This document shows positions 45,152 through 55,831 of a stretch of 64,000 nt of DNA, in pieces. The DNA lies in NCBI GenBank assembly GCA_003230015.1, contig QIGO01000221.1:2449-66448 (forward strand), read 5' to 3'. The stretch is from Alphaproteobacteria bacterium. GTDB lineage: Bacteria > Pseudomonadota > Alphaproteobacteria > UBA6615. A program made the position numbers and the translations under genes. Below the pieces are notes generated by a model, which did no database searches, was not told the origin of the DNA, and worked only from the letters and a program-made list of their open reading frames with translations. Each line of letters opens with the position of its first letter. The first letter of the stretch is position 1.

Positions 45152-45775
45152 TTAGCCCCCCGCCTCGTCGCCGTCCGCCTCGGCCTTTTCATCCCCTGGC
45201 AAGACATGGTTCATGCCTTCCCAGGGACTCAGGAAGTCGAAGTTGCGAAACTCCTGGGTCAGCTTGACCGGGTCATAGACCACGCGTTTCTGAGTTTCGT
45301 CGTAGCGCACTTCGACCCGGCCTGTCAGCGGAAAGTCCTTCCGCAAGGGATGTCCTTCAAAACCGTAATCGGTCAGCAGCCGCCGCAAGTCCGGATTGTC
45401 GGCAAAGGGAATGCCGTAAAGATCCCAGGCCTCGCGCTCATACCAGCCGGCACCGCGAAACACCCCGGTCACCGTCGGCACCAGCACGTCTTCGCCAATC
45501 TGAATCTTCACGCGTATGCGCTGATTGTGGCGCAACGACAAGAGGTTATAGACCACCTCGAACCGCCGCTCACGTTCCGGATAGTCCACCCCGCACAAAT
45601 CGACGAGCACTTTGAATTGACAGCCTGTGTCGTCACGCAAATGCGTCAGCACCTCGACCACCGCGCCCGCCCGCGCCGTCACGATCAACTCGTCGCAAAT
45701 CTGCTCCATCCCCAGCACGGCTTGCGGCAGCGCGCTGGCGATCGACTCACCCAGATCGTTGAGCGCCTGATTCAT
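45152..45775 (-). CDS. nuoC: NADH-quinone oxidoreductase subunit C
   Basis: [34 protein letters not shown]. Confidence 0.98.
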   Translation of the reverse strand: MNQALNDLGESIASALPQAVLGMEQICDELIVTARAGAVVEVLTHLRDDTGCQFKVLVDLCGVDYPERERRFEVVYNLLSLRHNQRIRVKIQIGEDVLVPTVTGVFRGAGWYEREAWDLYGIPFADNPDLRRLLTDYGFEGHPLRKDFPLTGRVEVRYDETQKRVVYDPVKLTQEFRNFDFLSPWEGMNHVLPGDEKAEADGDEAGG

Positions 45776-45816
45776 CCGCGGCCCTGCTCGTCATCCTGCT
45801 TTTTTGTCATCTCGCT

Positions 45817-46362
45817 CTAGCGCGCGATAGTCGTGGTGCGCCGTATTTTTTTCTGTAGCTGCAGGAGTCCATAGAGCAAAGCCTCGGCAGTTGGTGGACA
45901 TCCGGGCACGTAGATATCGACCGGCACGACTCGGTCGCATCCACGCACCACCGCATAGGAATAGTGGTAGTAGCCGCCTCCGTTGGCGCAAGACCCCATG
46001 GACAGAACCCAGCGCGGTTCGGCCATCTGGTCATAGACCTTGCGCAAGGCCGGCGCCATTTTGTTGGTCAGCGTGCCGGCAACGATCATCACATCCGATT
46101 GCCGCGGGCTCGGCCGGAAGATGGTGCCAAATCTGTCCAGATCGTACCGCGAGGCCGCCGTATGCATCATCTCGATAGCGCAGCAGGCAAGACCGAAGGT
46201 CATCGGCCACAGCGACCCGGTGCGCGCCCACCCCGCCAACTTGTCCATATTGGCGATAACGAAACCCTTCTTGACGATTTCATCGGTGACCAGGGCCAGC
46301 GCTTCACGCTGCTGCGGCCCCGCCGCAATGGGGACCGGCGCGGCCATGTCGCTCACTCCCAT
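45817..46362 (-). CDS. nuoB: NADH-quinone oxidoreductase subunit B
   Basis: [30 protein letters not shown] overlaps nuoA end. Confidence 0.98.
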   Translation of the reverse strand: MGVSDMAAPVPIAAGPQQREALALVTDEIVKKGFVIANMDKLAGWARTGSLWPMTFGLACCAIEMMHTAASRYDLDRFGTIFRPSPRQSDVMIVAGTLTNKMAPALRKVYDQMAEPRWVLSMGSCANGGGYYHYSYAVVRGCDRVVPVDIYVPGCPPTAEALLYGLLQLQKKIRRTTTIAR

Positions 46363-46718
46363 TCCAGCGCCCCTTTGCGCCACTCATAGACAAAGCCGAC
46401 AGTGAGAATGCCCAAAAACACCACCATCGACCAGAAACCCAAAAGACCGATATCCTTCAGCGCCACCGCCCAAGGAAACAGAAAGGCCATTTCCAGATCG
46501 AAGATAATGAAAAGAATCGCTACCAGGTAAAACCGCACGTCGAACTTCATCCGCGCATCGTCGAAAGGATCGAAGCCGCACTCGTAGGCCGCGTTTTTCT
46601 CGCTGTCGGGCTTCTGCGTGCCCATCACCAGGCCGGCGACGAGGAACATCGTTGCCAGCGCGATCGCCAGGCCGAGAAAAATCAAAATCGGCAAATATTC
46701 ACGCAGTAGCTCATCCAT
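46353..46718 (-). CDS. nuoA: NADH-quinone oxidoreductase subunit A
   Basis: [23 protein letters not shown]. Confidence 0.98.
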   Translation of the reverse strand: MDELLREYLPILIFLGLAIALATMFLVAGLVMGTQKPDSEKNAAYECGFDPFDDARMKFDVRFYLVAILFIIFDLEMAFLFPWAVALKDIGLLGFWSMVVFLGILTVGFVYEWRKGALEWE

Positions 46719-46923
46719 GCGCGACAGGCCCCCATTGACAGCTTTGCTCGCCCTTCTCGCCCGTCATTCTGTTCTATCGGCGCGGACGAACCGGCACGGT
46801 TTTGCCGCGCCGCAGCAATACACCACGCCCAGATACAGCGCAAGACACAGCATCCCCTGGCCGCGCCGTTGCACCGGGTCCGGGAATCGGCTGTCAATTT
46901 CGCAAATGCGGCGCTGGCACCAC

Positions 46924-47832
46924 CTACGCGCCGCTGCGCTCGGCACGGCCTGCCAGTTGGTGGCCCAATGCGATCACTAGAGCCTGGGCAAGACAGAGCG
47001 ACGCACCCAGCGAGCGAAAATCATGCACTGTGGCATCTTCGACTTGAAAGCTCACATTCGCCAATTGCACCAGGGGACTCAGCAACTCATCCGTGATCGC
47101 GATGATCGGCACCCCCCGGCCATGCGTTCGCGCCGCCAGATTTACGACTTCAGGCGAGTAATCCTGATAGCTGATGGCCACCAGCACGTCATTTTCTCCG
47201 ATCCAACTCGCCTGCTCCGCCAGCATGCCGCCGACATTGTCGATCAGGAACGCCCGTCGATCCATATTGTTGAGCGCATAGAACAAGTAGGACGCGACCG
47301 GAAAGGCCCGCCGCATGGCCAATAGATGAATATGATCCGCCGAGCTTAACAGGCCCACCGCTTTCTGTAACGACTCCGTGCTGACCTCAGCCAGCAAATG
47401 TTTCAGCGCCTCGTTATTCGCGGCCACGAAATGTTCCAGAACAACCTTCGGATCGTCGAAGTCTCGGCTGCCCTGTTTTTCTTTCAGGTCGCGTATTCGC
47501 TGGCTGTAGCTGGGTTTCGCCGCCACCAGACGATCGCGAAAGATGCGTTGCATCTCGCTATAACCGCTATAACCCAGCGCCTTGGCGAAGCGGATCAGGC
47601 TCGACGGCTGGACCTTGGAATGAACGGCGACGGTCGCGATCGTATCCAGCGCGATTTCGTTAGGATGATTGAGTACGAACCGGGCGATCTGCTTCAACCG
47701 CGGGCTCAGATCGTCATACCGCCCCGAGATTTCCCGTACCAGCGCGTCATGCCCCTGCGGCGCCGCGAATTCCGCCGCTTCGACACCGCCGCCCCCTCGG
47801 GCGGCTTTTTGTGCTTTTCCCTGTTTCAACAC
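46924..47832 (-). CDS. MurR/RpiR-family transcriptional regulator (HTH + SIS; IolR-like)
   Basis: LSPRLKQIA..VQPSSLIRFAKALGYSGYSEMQ HTH; SIS domain with RRAFPVASY and IAITD..SPL; start uncertain. Confidence 0.9.
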   Translation of the reverse strand: MLKQGKAQKAARGGGGVEAAEFAAPQGHDALVREISGRYDDLSPRLKQIARFVLNHPNEIALDTIATVAVHSKVQPSSLIRFAKALGYSGYSEMQRIFRDRLVAAKPSYSQRIRDLKEKQGSRDFDDPKVVLEHFVAANNEALKHLLAEVSTESLQKAVGLLSSADHIHLLAMRRAFPVASYLFYALNNMDRRAFLIDNVGGMLAEQASWIGENDVLVAISYQDYSPEVVNLAARTHGRGVPIIAITDELLSPLVQLANVSFQVEDATVHDFRSLGASLCLAQALVIALGHQLAGRAERSGA

Positions 47833-47972
47833 GGTTCAACCGGGCCAATATTGCCTACAAGGCACTGATATTACATGATTTGGCCAGACAAGACAGCCCA
47901 TAGTCCCAACCGCGCCTGGCTCTGTGCCGCGGATATAAGGCGCCCGAGATGAATTGCAACACGCATGAGCGG

Positions 47973-48049
<77 letters not shown>

Positions 48050-48154
48050 GCAATATCTGGCGCATCATACGCCCGAATAGCAGGCTGCTGTGTACTGCTC
48101 CACCAAGCCACTGTCAAGCAACCCCGGGCGGACGCCTTACAACCGTGGGCGTAG

Positions 48155-48673
48155 CTAGCTCAAGGTGCCCCGAATAGGATAGTCGACTTCCTGAATACGC
48201 CGGATCCCCCGCAACAGGCCAGCCAGATCCGGCCGGCACCACGGCGCGTTCGATATGTCGACCACTTGTACCTGGCCGCCCGGGTTAACCACGAACACCC
48301 CCGGTTCGGCAAACGGCCGGTCGGTCTCCTGTTCATTTCTCGGCTCGGATATATACAGGCCAAGCCGCCGCATCGCCTCCATGCCGAGTTCATAGGCAAC
48401 CGGAAAGTGCCACCCATACTCGGCGACATCGGCCTCGGCTTTGGCTTGGCTGTCGGCGGAGATCGCGACCACCTCGGCATTGGCCTCGCCAAACGCACCA
48501 TGCAGGCTGCTCAGCTCTTTCAGATAGGTCTTGCAAAGTGGGCAATGCCTGCCCCGATAAATGACAATGAATTGATATCCCGGCCGCGCACCGCCCACCC
48601 GCACCCCGCCGCCGCCGACCAGCGGCAGATCCAATTCCGGCATCAACGAACCGGCGCCAAGTTTCTCACTCAT
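48155..48673 (-). CDS. AhpC/TSA-family peroxiredoxin-like redoxin
   Basis: YRGRHCPLC CxxC motif, VVAISAD, FAEPGVFVVNP, RPDL; ATG 48673 with upstream GAGGA. Confidence 0.88.
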   Translation of the reverse strand: MSEKLGAGSLMPELDLPLVGGGGVRVGGARPGYQFIVIYRGRHCPLCKTYLKELSSLHGAFGEANAEVVAISADSQAKAEADVAEYGWHFPVAYELGMEAMRRLGLYISEPRNEQETDRPFAEPGVFVVNPGGQVQVVDISNAPWCRPDLAGLLRGIRRIQEVDYPIRGTLS

Positions 48674-48848
48674 ATCGACTTCCTCGAACCATACTGTCGA
48701 ACAAAAGAAGATAACTATTTCGGCGCCATAGGCGCGAAAGCCAGCCCCTCTAACAAAAATGTCATCCCCCTGTACCGGTTGCACCTGCGGCGCGCCCCAC
48801 GCCATAGTGGCGCCCGTCCCGCCCCGTCGCGGCTCTGGAGGACATATT

Positions 48849-49496
48849 GTGAACCGCGAGATCATCTATATCGGCGACCCCATGTGCTCCTGGTGTTGGG
48901 GTTTTTCCCCAGTCCTCAAAACCATCAATGAACAATTTGGCGCCCACGCACCTCTGCGGGTGGTCGTCGGCGGCCTGCGCCCTGGCGACACCCAGCCCAT
49001 GACCGGCGCGACCGGATCCTATATTCGCCGCCATTGGGAGAGTGTGCACGAGGCTACGGGCCAGCCCTTCTGTTTCGATCTGTTCGAACGCGACGACATC
49101 GTCTTGAATACCGAGCCGGCGTGCCGGGCCGTCGTCACCATGCGGACCCTGCGGCCGGCCGCCACCCTGCCCTACTTTGAGCGCCTGCACCGGGCTTTCT
49201 ATGTCGAGAACCTGGATCTTACCGACGCCGGCCATCTCTCCCGCCTTGCCGAGCCCTTCGGTCTCTCCCCCAAGGATTTCATCACCGCCTTTGAATCCGC
49301 GGAATTGCGGACCGAGACAGTGCAGGATTTCCAACTCAGCCAGCGCCTCGGCGTGCGCGGCTTCCCCACGATCATTCTACGCCACGGCGATCATATGTCC
49401 CTTCTAACCGCCGGTTACCAACCCTTCGAGGCCCTCCGCCCAATTCTCGAGCAATGGTCCCACCGCCAACCCGAACCCAGTAGCCAAGTCAACTGA
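48849..49496 (+). CDS. DsbA-family (thioredoxin-fold) protein, no signal peptide
   Basis: DPMCSWCWGF and LGVRGFPT motifs; GTG 48849 preceded by GGAGGA. Confidence 0.88.
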   Translation: MNREIIYIGDPMCSWCWGFSPVLKTINEQFGAHAPLRVVVGGLRPGDTQPMTGATGSYIRRHWESVHEATGQPFCFDLFERDDIVLNTEPACRAVVTMRTLRPAATLPYFERLHRAFYVENLDLTDAGHLSRLAEPFGLSPKDFITAFESAELRTETVQDFQLSQRLGVRGFPTIILRHGDHMSLLTAGYQPFEALRPILEQWSHRQPEPSSQVN

Positions 49497-49510
49497 CGCC
49501 GGAGATTTTG

Positions 49511-50143
49511 ATGATCGACCTTTACACCTGGACGACCCCCAACGGCCGCAAAATCTCCATCATGCTTGAGGAGCTTGGCCTTCCCTACACCGCCCACCCC
49601 ATCGACATCACAAAAGACGACCAATTCGCGCCCGACTTTCTGGCCATCAGCCCAAACAACAAAATACCGGCGATTGTCGACAATGAAACCGGCATCCAAA
49701 TGATGGAATCCGGTGCCATCCTGCTCTATCTCGCCGACAAGGCCGGCGGATTCGTCCCCACCGAGGACAAAGCGCGCTGGGAAATGATGGAATGGCTCAT
49801 GTTCCAAATGGCCAGCATCGGTCCCATGCTCGGCCAGACCCACCATTTCCACCGCTTCAACCCCGGCAAGGCCCCCTATGCAGAAGACCGCTACATCAAC
49901 GAAACCAAACGCCTATACGGCGTCCTGGACAAGCGGCTCGAGGGCCGCGAATACATCCTGGACGCCTATTCCATCGTCGACATAGCGACATGGCCCTGGA
50001 TCGCGCGCTTTGAGTGGCAGGGTATCGACCTCAACGACTATCCCGACGTCAGGCGCTGGTACTGCCACATCGCCCAACGCCCCGCCGTACAGCGCGGCTA
50101 TGCCGTCCCCAAACCCGCCGGCGACATCCCCATGCCCGGCTAA
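49511..50143 (+). CDS. Glutathione S-transferase, YfcG/nu-class-like
   Basis: MIDLYTWTTPNG, SPNNKIPAI, ESGAIL, YSIVDIATWPW, RPAVQRG. Confidence 0.93.
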   Translation: MIDLYTWTTPNGRKISIMLEELGLPYTAHPIDITKDDQFAPDFLAISPNNKIPAIVDNETGIQMMESGAILLYLADKAGGFVPTEDKARWEMMEWLMFQMASIGPMLGQTHHFHRFNPGKAPYAEDRYINETKRLYGVLDKRLEGREYILDAYSIVDIATWPWIARFEWQGIDLNDYPDVRRWYCHIAQRPAVQRGYAVPKPAGDIPMPG

Positions 50144-51105
50144 CCGCCCGCGCTCTGCGCCAATATCGGGTTGAATACCGACGCGTCCACATTGCCGCCG
50201 GAAAGAACCACGCCCACCTTCAGACCCTTCCGCGCATGTTTTTCTTTCAGCAAGGCCGCCAACGGCGCGGCCCCCCCGCCTTCGGCCAAATTATGGGTGT
50301 CGGTGTAGTAGATACCCATGGCCGCTTTGATTTCGTCGTCGGATACCGTGACCACCCGCTCCGCGCCCCGGCCAATGATTTCCAAGGCTGCCGGATCGGC
50401 GACCCGCACCGCCAGGCCGTCGGCGATGGTATCGGCGGTATTTGTCGCCACAACCTCGCCGGCCTCGAACGAAAGCGCGTAGGTGGCGGCACCCTCCGAC
50501 ACCACGCCGACAATTTTGGTCCGCGCCCCTAGAGCGTCGCGCGCCATGATCGTTCCGGCGATCCCCGATCCCAGCCCGATGGGCACATAGACCACGTCCA
50601 ACGCTTCGGCACCGCGCAAGAATTCCAGCCCGTAGGTCGCCACCCCGCGCACCAGCAAGGGGTCGAACGAGGGCACCATATGCAGGCCCTCTTTGCGCGC
50701 ATAGGCGACCGCATAGTCTTTCGCCTCATTAAAATCTTGCCCATGTTCGATCACTTCGGCGCCAAACGCCGCCATGGCGCGGTTTTTCTCCACGCTGTTG
50801 CCATGCGGGACCACCATGACGGCATCAAGACCATGCACCCGCGCGGCCAGGGCAATGCTCTGCCCATGGTTCCCTCGCGTCGCCGCGATCACACGGCTGA
50901 TCTCCGGGCGGTGTTTTCTGAGGTCATCCAAATAGACCAGCCCGCCGCGCAGCTTGAAGGCACCGATGGGTGTGTGATTCTCATGTTTTACCCACACCTC
51001 CGTCCCTGCGCGCTCACACAGCAACGGCCAGCAATATTGCGGAGTCGGCGGCATATGGCGGTAAACCAGCGACGCCGCCAATTCGATCTGCTCAAGTTCG
51101 GTCAT
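50140..51105 (-). CDS. Threonine dehydratase-like PLP enzyme (no ACT regulatory domain)
   Basis: KHENHTPIGAFKLRG, ATRGNHGQS, VPIGLGSG, TIADG, LSGGN. Confidence 0.9.
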   Translation of the reverse strand: MTELEQIELAASLVYRHMPPTPQYCWPLLCERAGTEVWVKHENHTPIGAFKLRGGLVYLDDLRKHRPEISRVIAATRGNHGQSIALAARVHGLDAVMVVPHGNSVEKNRAMAAFGAEVIEHGQDFNEAKDYAVAYARKEGLHMVPSFDPLLVRGVATYGLEFLRGAEALDVVYVPIGLGSGIAGTIMARDALGARTKIVGVVSEGAATYALSFEAGEVVATNTADTIADGLAVRVADPAALEIIGRGAERVVTVSDDEIKAAMGIYYTDTHNLAEGGGAAPLAALLKEKHARKGLKVGVVLSGGNVDASVFNPILAQSAGG

Positions 51106-51189
51106 CGGCTGGCTCCTATGTTGTTCGCAACCTTAGGAGCCTTGGCCAAGTGACGACAACGATTACATTGTCACGATACAAACGGGCCG

Positions 51190-51265
51190 TGGTGGGCGAT
51201 GACGGGATCGAACCGCCGACCTTCTCGGTGTAAACGAGACGCTCTCCCAGCTGAGCTAATCGCCC
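51190..51265 (-). tRNA. tRNA-Val (TAC)
   Basis: GGGCGATTAGCTCAGCTGGGAGAGCG TCTCG-TTTACAC-CGAGA ...GGTTCGATCC...ATCGCCCACCA. Confidence 0.97.
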
Positions 51266-51306
51266 CAAGGAATCATATCAAACTGCGGTGCACGCAATTT
51301 CAAGCC

Positions 51307-51337
51307 AAAAAAAGACCGGCCGCATCCTGCAACCGGT
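51307..51337 (-). terminator. Rho-independent terminator after hupB
   Basis: Minus strand ACCGGTTGCA-GGA-TGCGGCCGGT stem (two G-U pairs) followed by CTTTTTTT. Confidence 0.75.
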
Positions 51338-51357
51338 ACTTCACAGCAAAGCCTTGC

Positions 51358-51630
51358 TTAGTTGACAGCCTCTTTCAATGCCTTACCCGCCTTAAACTTC
51401 GGTTGCTTGGATGCGGGAATTTGTATGGCCTCACCGGTCCGTGGGTTACGGCCGGTCGTTGCCGCCCGTTGCGAAACGCTAAACGTGCCAAATCCCACCA
51501 AGCGCACTTCACCGCCATTACTCAAGGCACCGGCGATCGAATCAAACACGCTGTCCACAGCTTTTGCGGCATCGGCCTTTGACAAATCGGCGGATACCGA
51601 CACTGCGGCAACGAGATCGTTTTTATTCAC
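51358..51630 (-). CDS. hupB: DNA-binding protein HU
   Basis: MNKNDL, GFGTF, GRNPRTG, PKFKAGKALK. Confidence 0.97.
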   Translation of the reverse strand: MNKNDLVAAVSVSADLSKADAAKAVDSVFDSIAGALSNGGEVRLVGFGTFSVSQRAATTGRNPRTGEAIQIPASKQPKFKAGKALKEAVN

Positions 51631-51816
51631 TTGAGGCCCCCTCTCACTAAATATGCCCTCACCAAATCCTGACGCCGGGAGTCTAGAGCGCCGAATTTGC
51701 CGCCGTCAATTGCTACGGCCAAACAAAACCCAGTGCAATGTGTGATTCTCGCGACACTGTGGCAGGCTCGTAACGCTATCGTCGCCCACTTACACAATTT
51801 TTGGTCTTGTCACTCG

Positions 51817-54237
51817 CTAGTGAGTGACAAGACCACCAGTTTTCCCGGCATTCTCGGTTTCGCTGGCACTCACCGACGCAACCTTGTCGTTGTCGTCTTC
51901 ATTCCACTCGATGGGAACAAGCGGCTCGCACAAGGCATGGGTCAAGACCTCGTCCACCGTTTGCACGGGAACGATCTCCAGGCCCTTTTTGACCACGTCG
52001 GGGATTTCCACCAGGTCCTTCTCATTCTCCTGCGGAATGATAACCTTCTTCAGCCCGCCTCTCAGCGCCGCCAGCAGCTTCTCCTTCAAGCCGCCGATGG
52101 GTAAGACCCGACCCCGTAGCGTGATCTCACCCGTCATCGCGACTTCCCGGCGCACCGGGTTACCGGTCAGCATGGAAACCATTGAGGTAGCCATCGCCAC
52201 GCCTGCGGACGGTCCGTCTTTCGGCACCGCACCTTCCGGGACATGAATATGAATGTCGCGTTTCTCGAACAGCGTCGGCTTGATACCGTATTGAGCGGCC
52301 CGCGACCGCACGAAACCGCTGGCTGCTTGCACGGACTCTTGCATCACGTCGCCAAGTTTGCCGGTTATCGTCATCTTGCCCCGGCCGGGTATCAGAATGG
52401 ACTCAATCGACAACAATTCGCCGCCAACCTCCGTCCACGCCAATCCTGTGGTCACGCCAACCAGATCGTCTTGTTCGATCTCACCGTAACGGTATTTCTT
52501 GACGCCCGCGTATTTCTCAACGTTTCTGGCCGTCACCCGAACCTGAGTGATGTCACTGACGGTGATTTCTTTCACCGCCTTACGGGCCAGGTTGGCAAGC
52601 TCGCGCTCAAGATTCCGCACCCCGGCTTCACGCGTATAGTAGCGGATCAAATCGCGCAGCGCGGCGGCAGAGATTGCCCATTCGCCTTCCTTCAGGCCAT
52701 TCTCCCGTAGCTGCTTCTTGATCAAATGGCGCCTGGCGATCTCGACTTTTTCATCTTCGGTATAGCCCGCCAGCCGAATGACCTCCATCCTGTCGAGCAG
52801 CGGCTGCGGCATCCGCAAGGTATTCGCTGTACACACGAACATCACATCGGAAAGGTCGTAGTCGATCTCCAGATAATGGTCCTGGAAAGCTGAATTCTGC
52901 TCCGGATCCAAAACCTCCAACAAGGCCGATGACGGATCGCCGCGCCAATCGGCGCCCAGCTTGTCGACTTCGTCCAGCAAGAATAGCGGGTTCGACGACT
53001 TCGCCTTTTTCATCCCTTGGATAACTTTACCCGGCATCGAGCCGATATAGGTGCGCCGGTGTCCGCGAACCTCCGCCTCGTCGCGAACACCGCCCAGGGA
53101 CATGCGCACAAAGTTGCGCCCCGTCGCCCGGGCAATGGATTTGCCCAGCGAGGTTTTACCGACCCCCGGCGGGCCCACCAGACAAAGGATCGGGCCTTTG
53201 ATCTTGTTCATGCGCTGTTGCACGGCCAAGTATTCGATGATCCGTTCCTTGACTTTCTCAAGGCTGTAGTGGTCTTCGTTCAGAATTACCTCTGCGGCAA
53301 CAATATCCTTCCGCACCCGCGTGCGTTGTTTCCACGGAATGCCCAACAGCCAATCCAGATAGTTTCTGACCACCGTCGCTTCGGCGGACATCGGGCTCAT
53401 ATTGCGCAGTTTCTTGATCTCCTGCGTGGCCTTCTCGCGCCCTTCTTTGCTCAGCTTGGTCTTCTTGATCCGGTCCTCGAGCTCCTGCAACTCATCGCGG
53501 CCTTCTTCGCCTTCACCCAGCTCCTTTTGAATGGCCTTCATCTGCTCATTCAAATAATATTCGCGTTGGGTCTTCTCCATCTGCCGCTTGACACGGTTGC
53601 GGATTCGCTTCTCGACCTGTAAAACGCCGATCTCGCCTTCCATGAAGCCGTAGATCTTCTCCAGCCGCTCGCTGATGACGGAGGCTTCCAAAAGCTCCTG
53701 CTTCTCGGCGATCTTCAGCGACAAATGCGCGGCGACCGTGTCGGCGAGCTTCCCGGGCTCTTCGATCTGATTGACCGAAACCAGGACCTCTGGCGGAACT
53801 TTGCGGTTCAGCTTGATATATTGCTCGAACTGCGCGACGACCGATCGGCTCAGCGCCTCGACTTCCTGATTATTGCCCAGATCCTCGCCGGTATTCTCCG
53901 CATACGCCTGGAAGAATTGTTCATTCTCTGCAAAACGAGTGATTTGCGCCCGCGCGCCGCCTTCGACCAGCACCTTCACGGTCCCGTCCGGCAGCTTGAG
54001 CAACTGCAACACCGTGCCGACCGTACCCACCGAGAATATATCCCCGGGCGCCGGATCGTCCTGCGCAGCGTCCCTCTGAGTGACCAAAAGGATCTGCTTG
54101 TCTTCCTTCATCACATCTTCAAGCGCCCGCACGGACTTTTCGCGCCCCACGAACAGCGGCACGATCATATGCGGGAAAACGACGATATCGCGCAGGGGCA
54201 GAACGGGATAGAGGACGCCGTTTGGTATCTCTAACAT
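51817..54237 (-). CDS. lon: Lon protease
   Basis: VLPLRDIVVFP, GPPGVGKTS, HRRTYIG, PKDGPSAG. Confidence 0.99.
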   Translation of the reverse strand: MLEIPNGVLYPVLPLRDIVVFPHMIVPLFVGREKSVRALEDVMKEDKQILLVTQRDAAQDDPAPGDIFSVGTVGTVLQLLKLPDGTVKVLVEGGARAQITRFAENEQFFQAYAENTGEDLGNNQEVEALSRSVVAQFEQYIKLNRKVPPEVLVSVNQIEEPGKLADTVAAHLSLKIAEKQELLEASVISERLEKIYGFMEGEIGVLQVEKRIRNRVKRQMEKTQREYYLNEQMKAIQKELGEGEEGRDELQELEDRIKKTKLSKEGREKATQEIKKLRNMSPMSAEATVVRNYLDWLLGIPWKQRTRVRKDIVAAEVILNEDHYSLEKVKERIIEYLAVQQRMNKIKGPILCLVGPPGVGKTSLGKSIARATGRNFVRMSLGGVRDEAEVRGHRRTYIGSMPGKVIQGMKKAKSSNPLFLLDEVDKLGADWRGDPSSALLEVLDPEQNSAFQDHYLEIDYDLSDVMFVCTANTLRMPQPLLDRMEVIRLAGYTEDEKVEIARRHLIKKQLRENGLKEGEWAISAAALRDLIRYYTREAGVRNLERELANLARKAVKEITVSDITQVRVTARNVEKYAGVKKYRYGEIEQDDLVGVTTGLAWTEVGGELLSIESILIPGRGKMTITGKLGDVMQESVQAASGFVRSRAAQYGIKPTLFEKRDIHIHVPEGAVPKDGPSAGVAMATSMVSMLTGNPVRREVAMTGEITLRGRVLPIGGLKEKLLAALRGGLKKVIIPQENEKDLVEIPDVVKKGLEIVPVQTVDEVLTHALCEPLVPIEWNEDDNDKVASVSASETENAGKTGGLVTH

Positions 54238-54294
54238 TGCTTTTCTTCCATTAGGCCACGCTCAAGCATGAGCACCTGATACGCAACCTTACTC

Positions 54295-54323
54295 ACATGG
54301 TTCTTTCCAAAACCATGATCAAG
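54295..54323 (-). promoter_or_regulatory. Possible RpoH (sigma32)-type promoter for lon
   Basis: Minus strand CTTGAT-N16-ACCATGT upstream of lon; imperfect match to the heat-shock consensus; overlaps a CATGGTT/AACCATG inverted repeat. Confidence 0.3.
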
Positions 54324-54360
54324 GCACGAAAATGACCGGCACACAAAATATGGGGGTCGT

Positions 54361-55626
54361 TTAGGCTCTGGTCCCCACATCTTCGCGGCTGTCCGCATAG
54401 ATATGAAGGGGTTTTGCCCGTCCCTCGATCACCTCGCCGTTAATAACGACTTCTTCGACACCTGCCATCCCCGGCAATTCGAACATGGTGTCGAGCAAGA
54501 TAGTTTCCATGATCGACCGCAGGCCGCGGGCACCGGTTTTCCGCCCAATCGCCTTGCGTGCAATCGCTATCAAAGCGTCTTCGCTAAAGCTCAGCGCGAC
54601 GCCTTCCATCTCGAACAGGCGCTCATATTGCTTAACCAGCGCATTCTTGGGCCGGGTCAAGATCTCCACCAGGGCTCCCCGGTCCAGATCTTCAAGCGTC
54701 GCCAACACCGGGAGGCGCCCAATAAACTCCGGGATAAGTCCGAATTTCAGCAAATCCTCAGGCTCTACATCCCGCAATATTTCGCCGGTCAGCCGATCAT
54801 TCGGGCCTTTGACATCGGCGCCGAAGCCAATCGAGGTCCCTTGCCCACGCCCGGTAATGATTTTCTCAAGACCAGAAAAGGCCCCGCCGCAGATAAACAG
54901 AATATTCGTTGTATCCACTTGCAGGAACTCTTGCTGCGGATGCTTCCGGCCGCCTTGTGGCGGCACCGAGGCAACTGTGCCTTCCATGATCTTCAGCAGC
55001 GCCTGCTGCACGCCTTCGCCCGAAACATCGCGCGTAATCGACGGATTGTCCGATTTACGGCTAATCTTGTCGACTTCGTCGATATAGACGATCCCGCGCT
55101 GCGCCCGCTCGACATTATAGTCGGCCGACTGCAACAGCTTGAGGATGATATTCTCGACATCCTCGCCCACATAGCCGGCCTCGGTCAGCGTCGTCGCGTC
55201 GGCCATTGTGAACGGCACATCGAGGATCCGCGCCAGGGTCTGGGCCAGCAACGTCTTGCCGCAGCCGGTCGGGCCGATGAGCAGAATATTCGACTTCGCG
55301 ATCTCGACTTCGCCACCCTTGGCGCTGTGCCCTAACCGCTTGTAATGGTTATGCACGGCCACCGAAAGCACGCGCTTGGCGCGATTCTGGCCAATCACAT
55401 AGTCATCGAGCACGGTACAGATCTCAATCGGCGTCGGCACCCCGTCCTGCGATTTGACTAGGCTCGACTTGTGCTCCTCACGGATAATATCCATGCACAG
55501 CTCGACGCACTCGTCGCAGATGAACACGGTCGGCCCTGCGATAAGCTTGCGCACCTCATGCTGGCTTTTACCGCAGAAGGAGCAATAGAGCGTATTCTTG
55601 GAGTCACCGCCGCTGGACTTGCTCAT
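54361..55626 (-). CDS. clpX: ATP-dependent Clp protease ATP-binding subunit ClpX
   Basis: CSFCGK..ICDEC zinc finger, [23 protein letters not shown] loop. Confidence 0.99.
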   Translation of the reverse strand: MSKSSGGDSKNTLYCSFCGKSQHEVRKLIAGPTVFICDECVELCMDIIREEHKSSLVKSQDGVPTPIEICTVLDDYVIGQNRAKRVLSVAVHNHYKRLGHSAKGGEVEIAKSNILLIGPTGCGKTLLAQTLARILDVPFTMADATTLTEAGYVGEDVENIILKLLQSADYNVERAQRGIVYIDEVDKISRKSDNPSITRDVSGEGVQQALLKIMEGTVASVPPQGGRKHPQQEFLQVDTTNILFICGGAFSGLEKIITGRGQGTSIGFGADVKGPNDRLTGEILRDVEPEDLLKFGLIPEFIGRLPVLATLEDLDRGALVEILTRPKNALVKQYERLFEMEGVALSFSEDALIAIARKAIGRKTGARGLRSIMETILLDTMFELPGMAGVEEVVINGEVIEGRAKPLHIYADSREDVGTRA

Positions 55627-55831
55627 TCCCACTCCGTCGCCGGGCTGTCATGCCCGCAATACCACCAAGCCCGATCCAGCCAAAACCGGCTTTAACACCT
55701 GCCTTCGGCCATCTGCGACCAAATGCGCCTTAACCAGCCGAATCGGTAGCGGTCCGCAGATGTTTATCTATTCAACACTAGCTATCAAGTGCCGATCAAG
55801 AATAAGTTAAACCAGTTATGGGCAACAAATG

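Noticed and set aside
48050..51189. Possible tRNA-integrated genomic island or prophage
   Set aside because: No integrase, no convincing att direct repeat (only a 7-nt GTGGGCG match) and no phage genes
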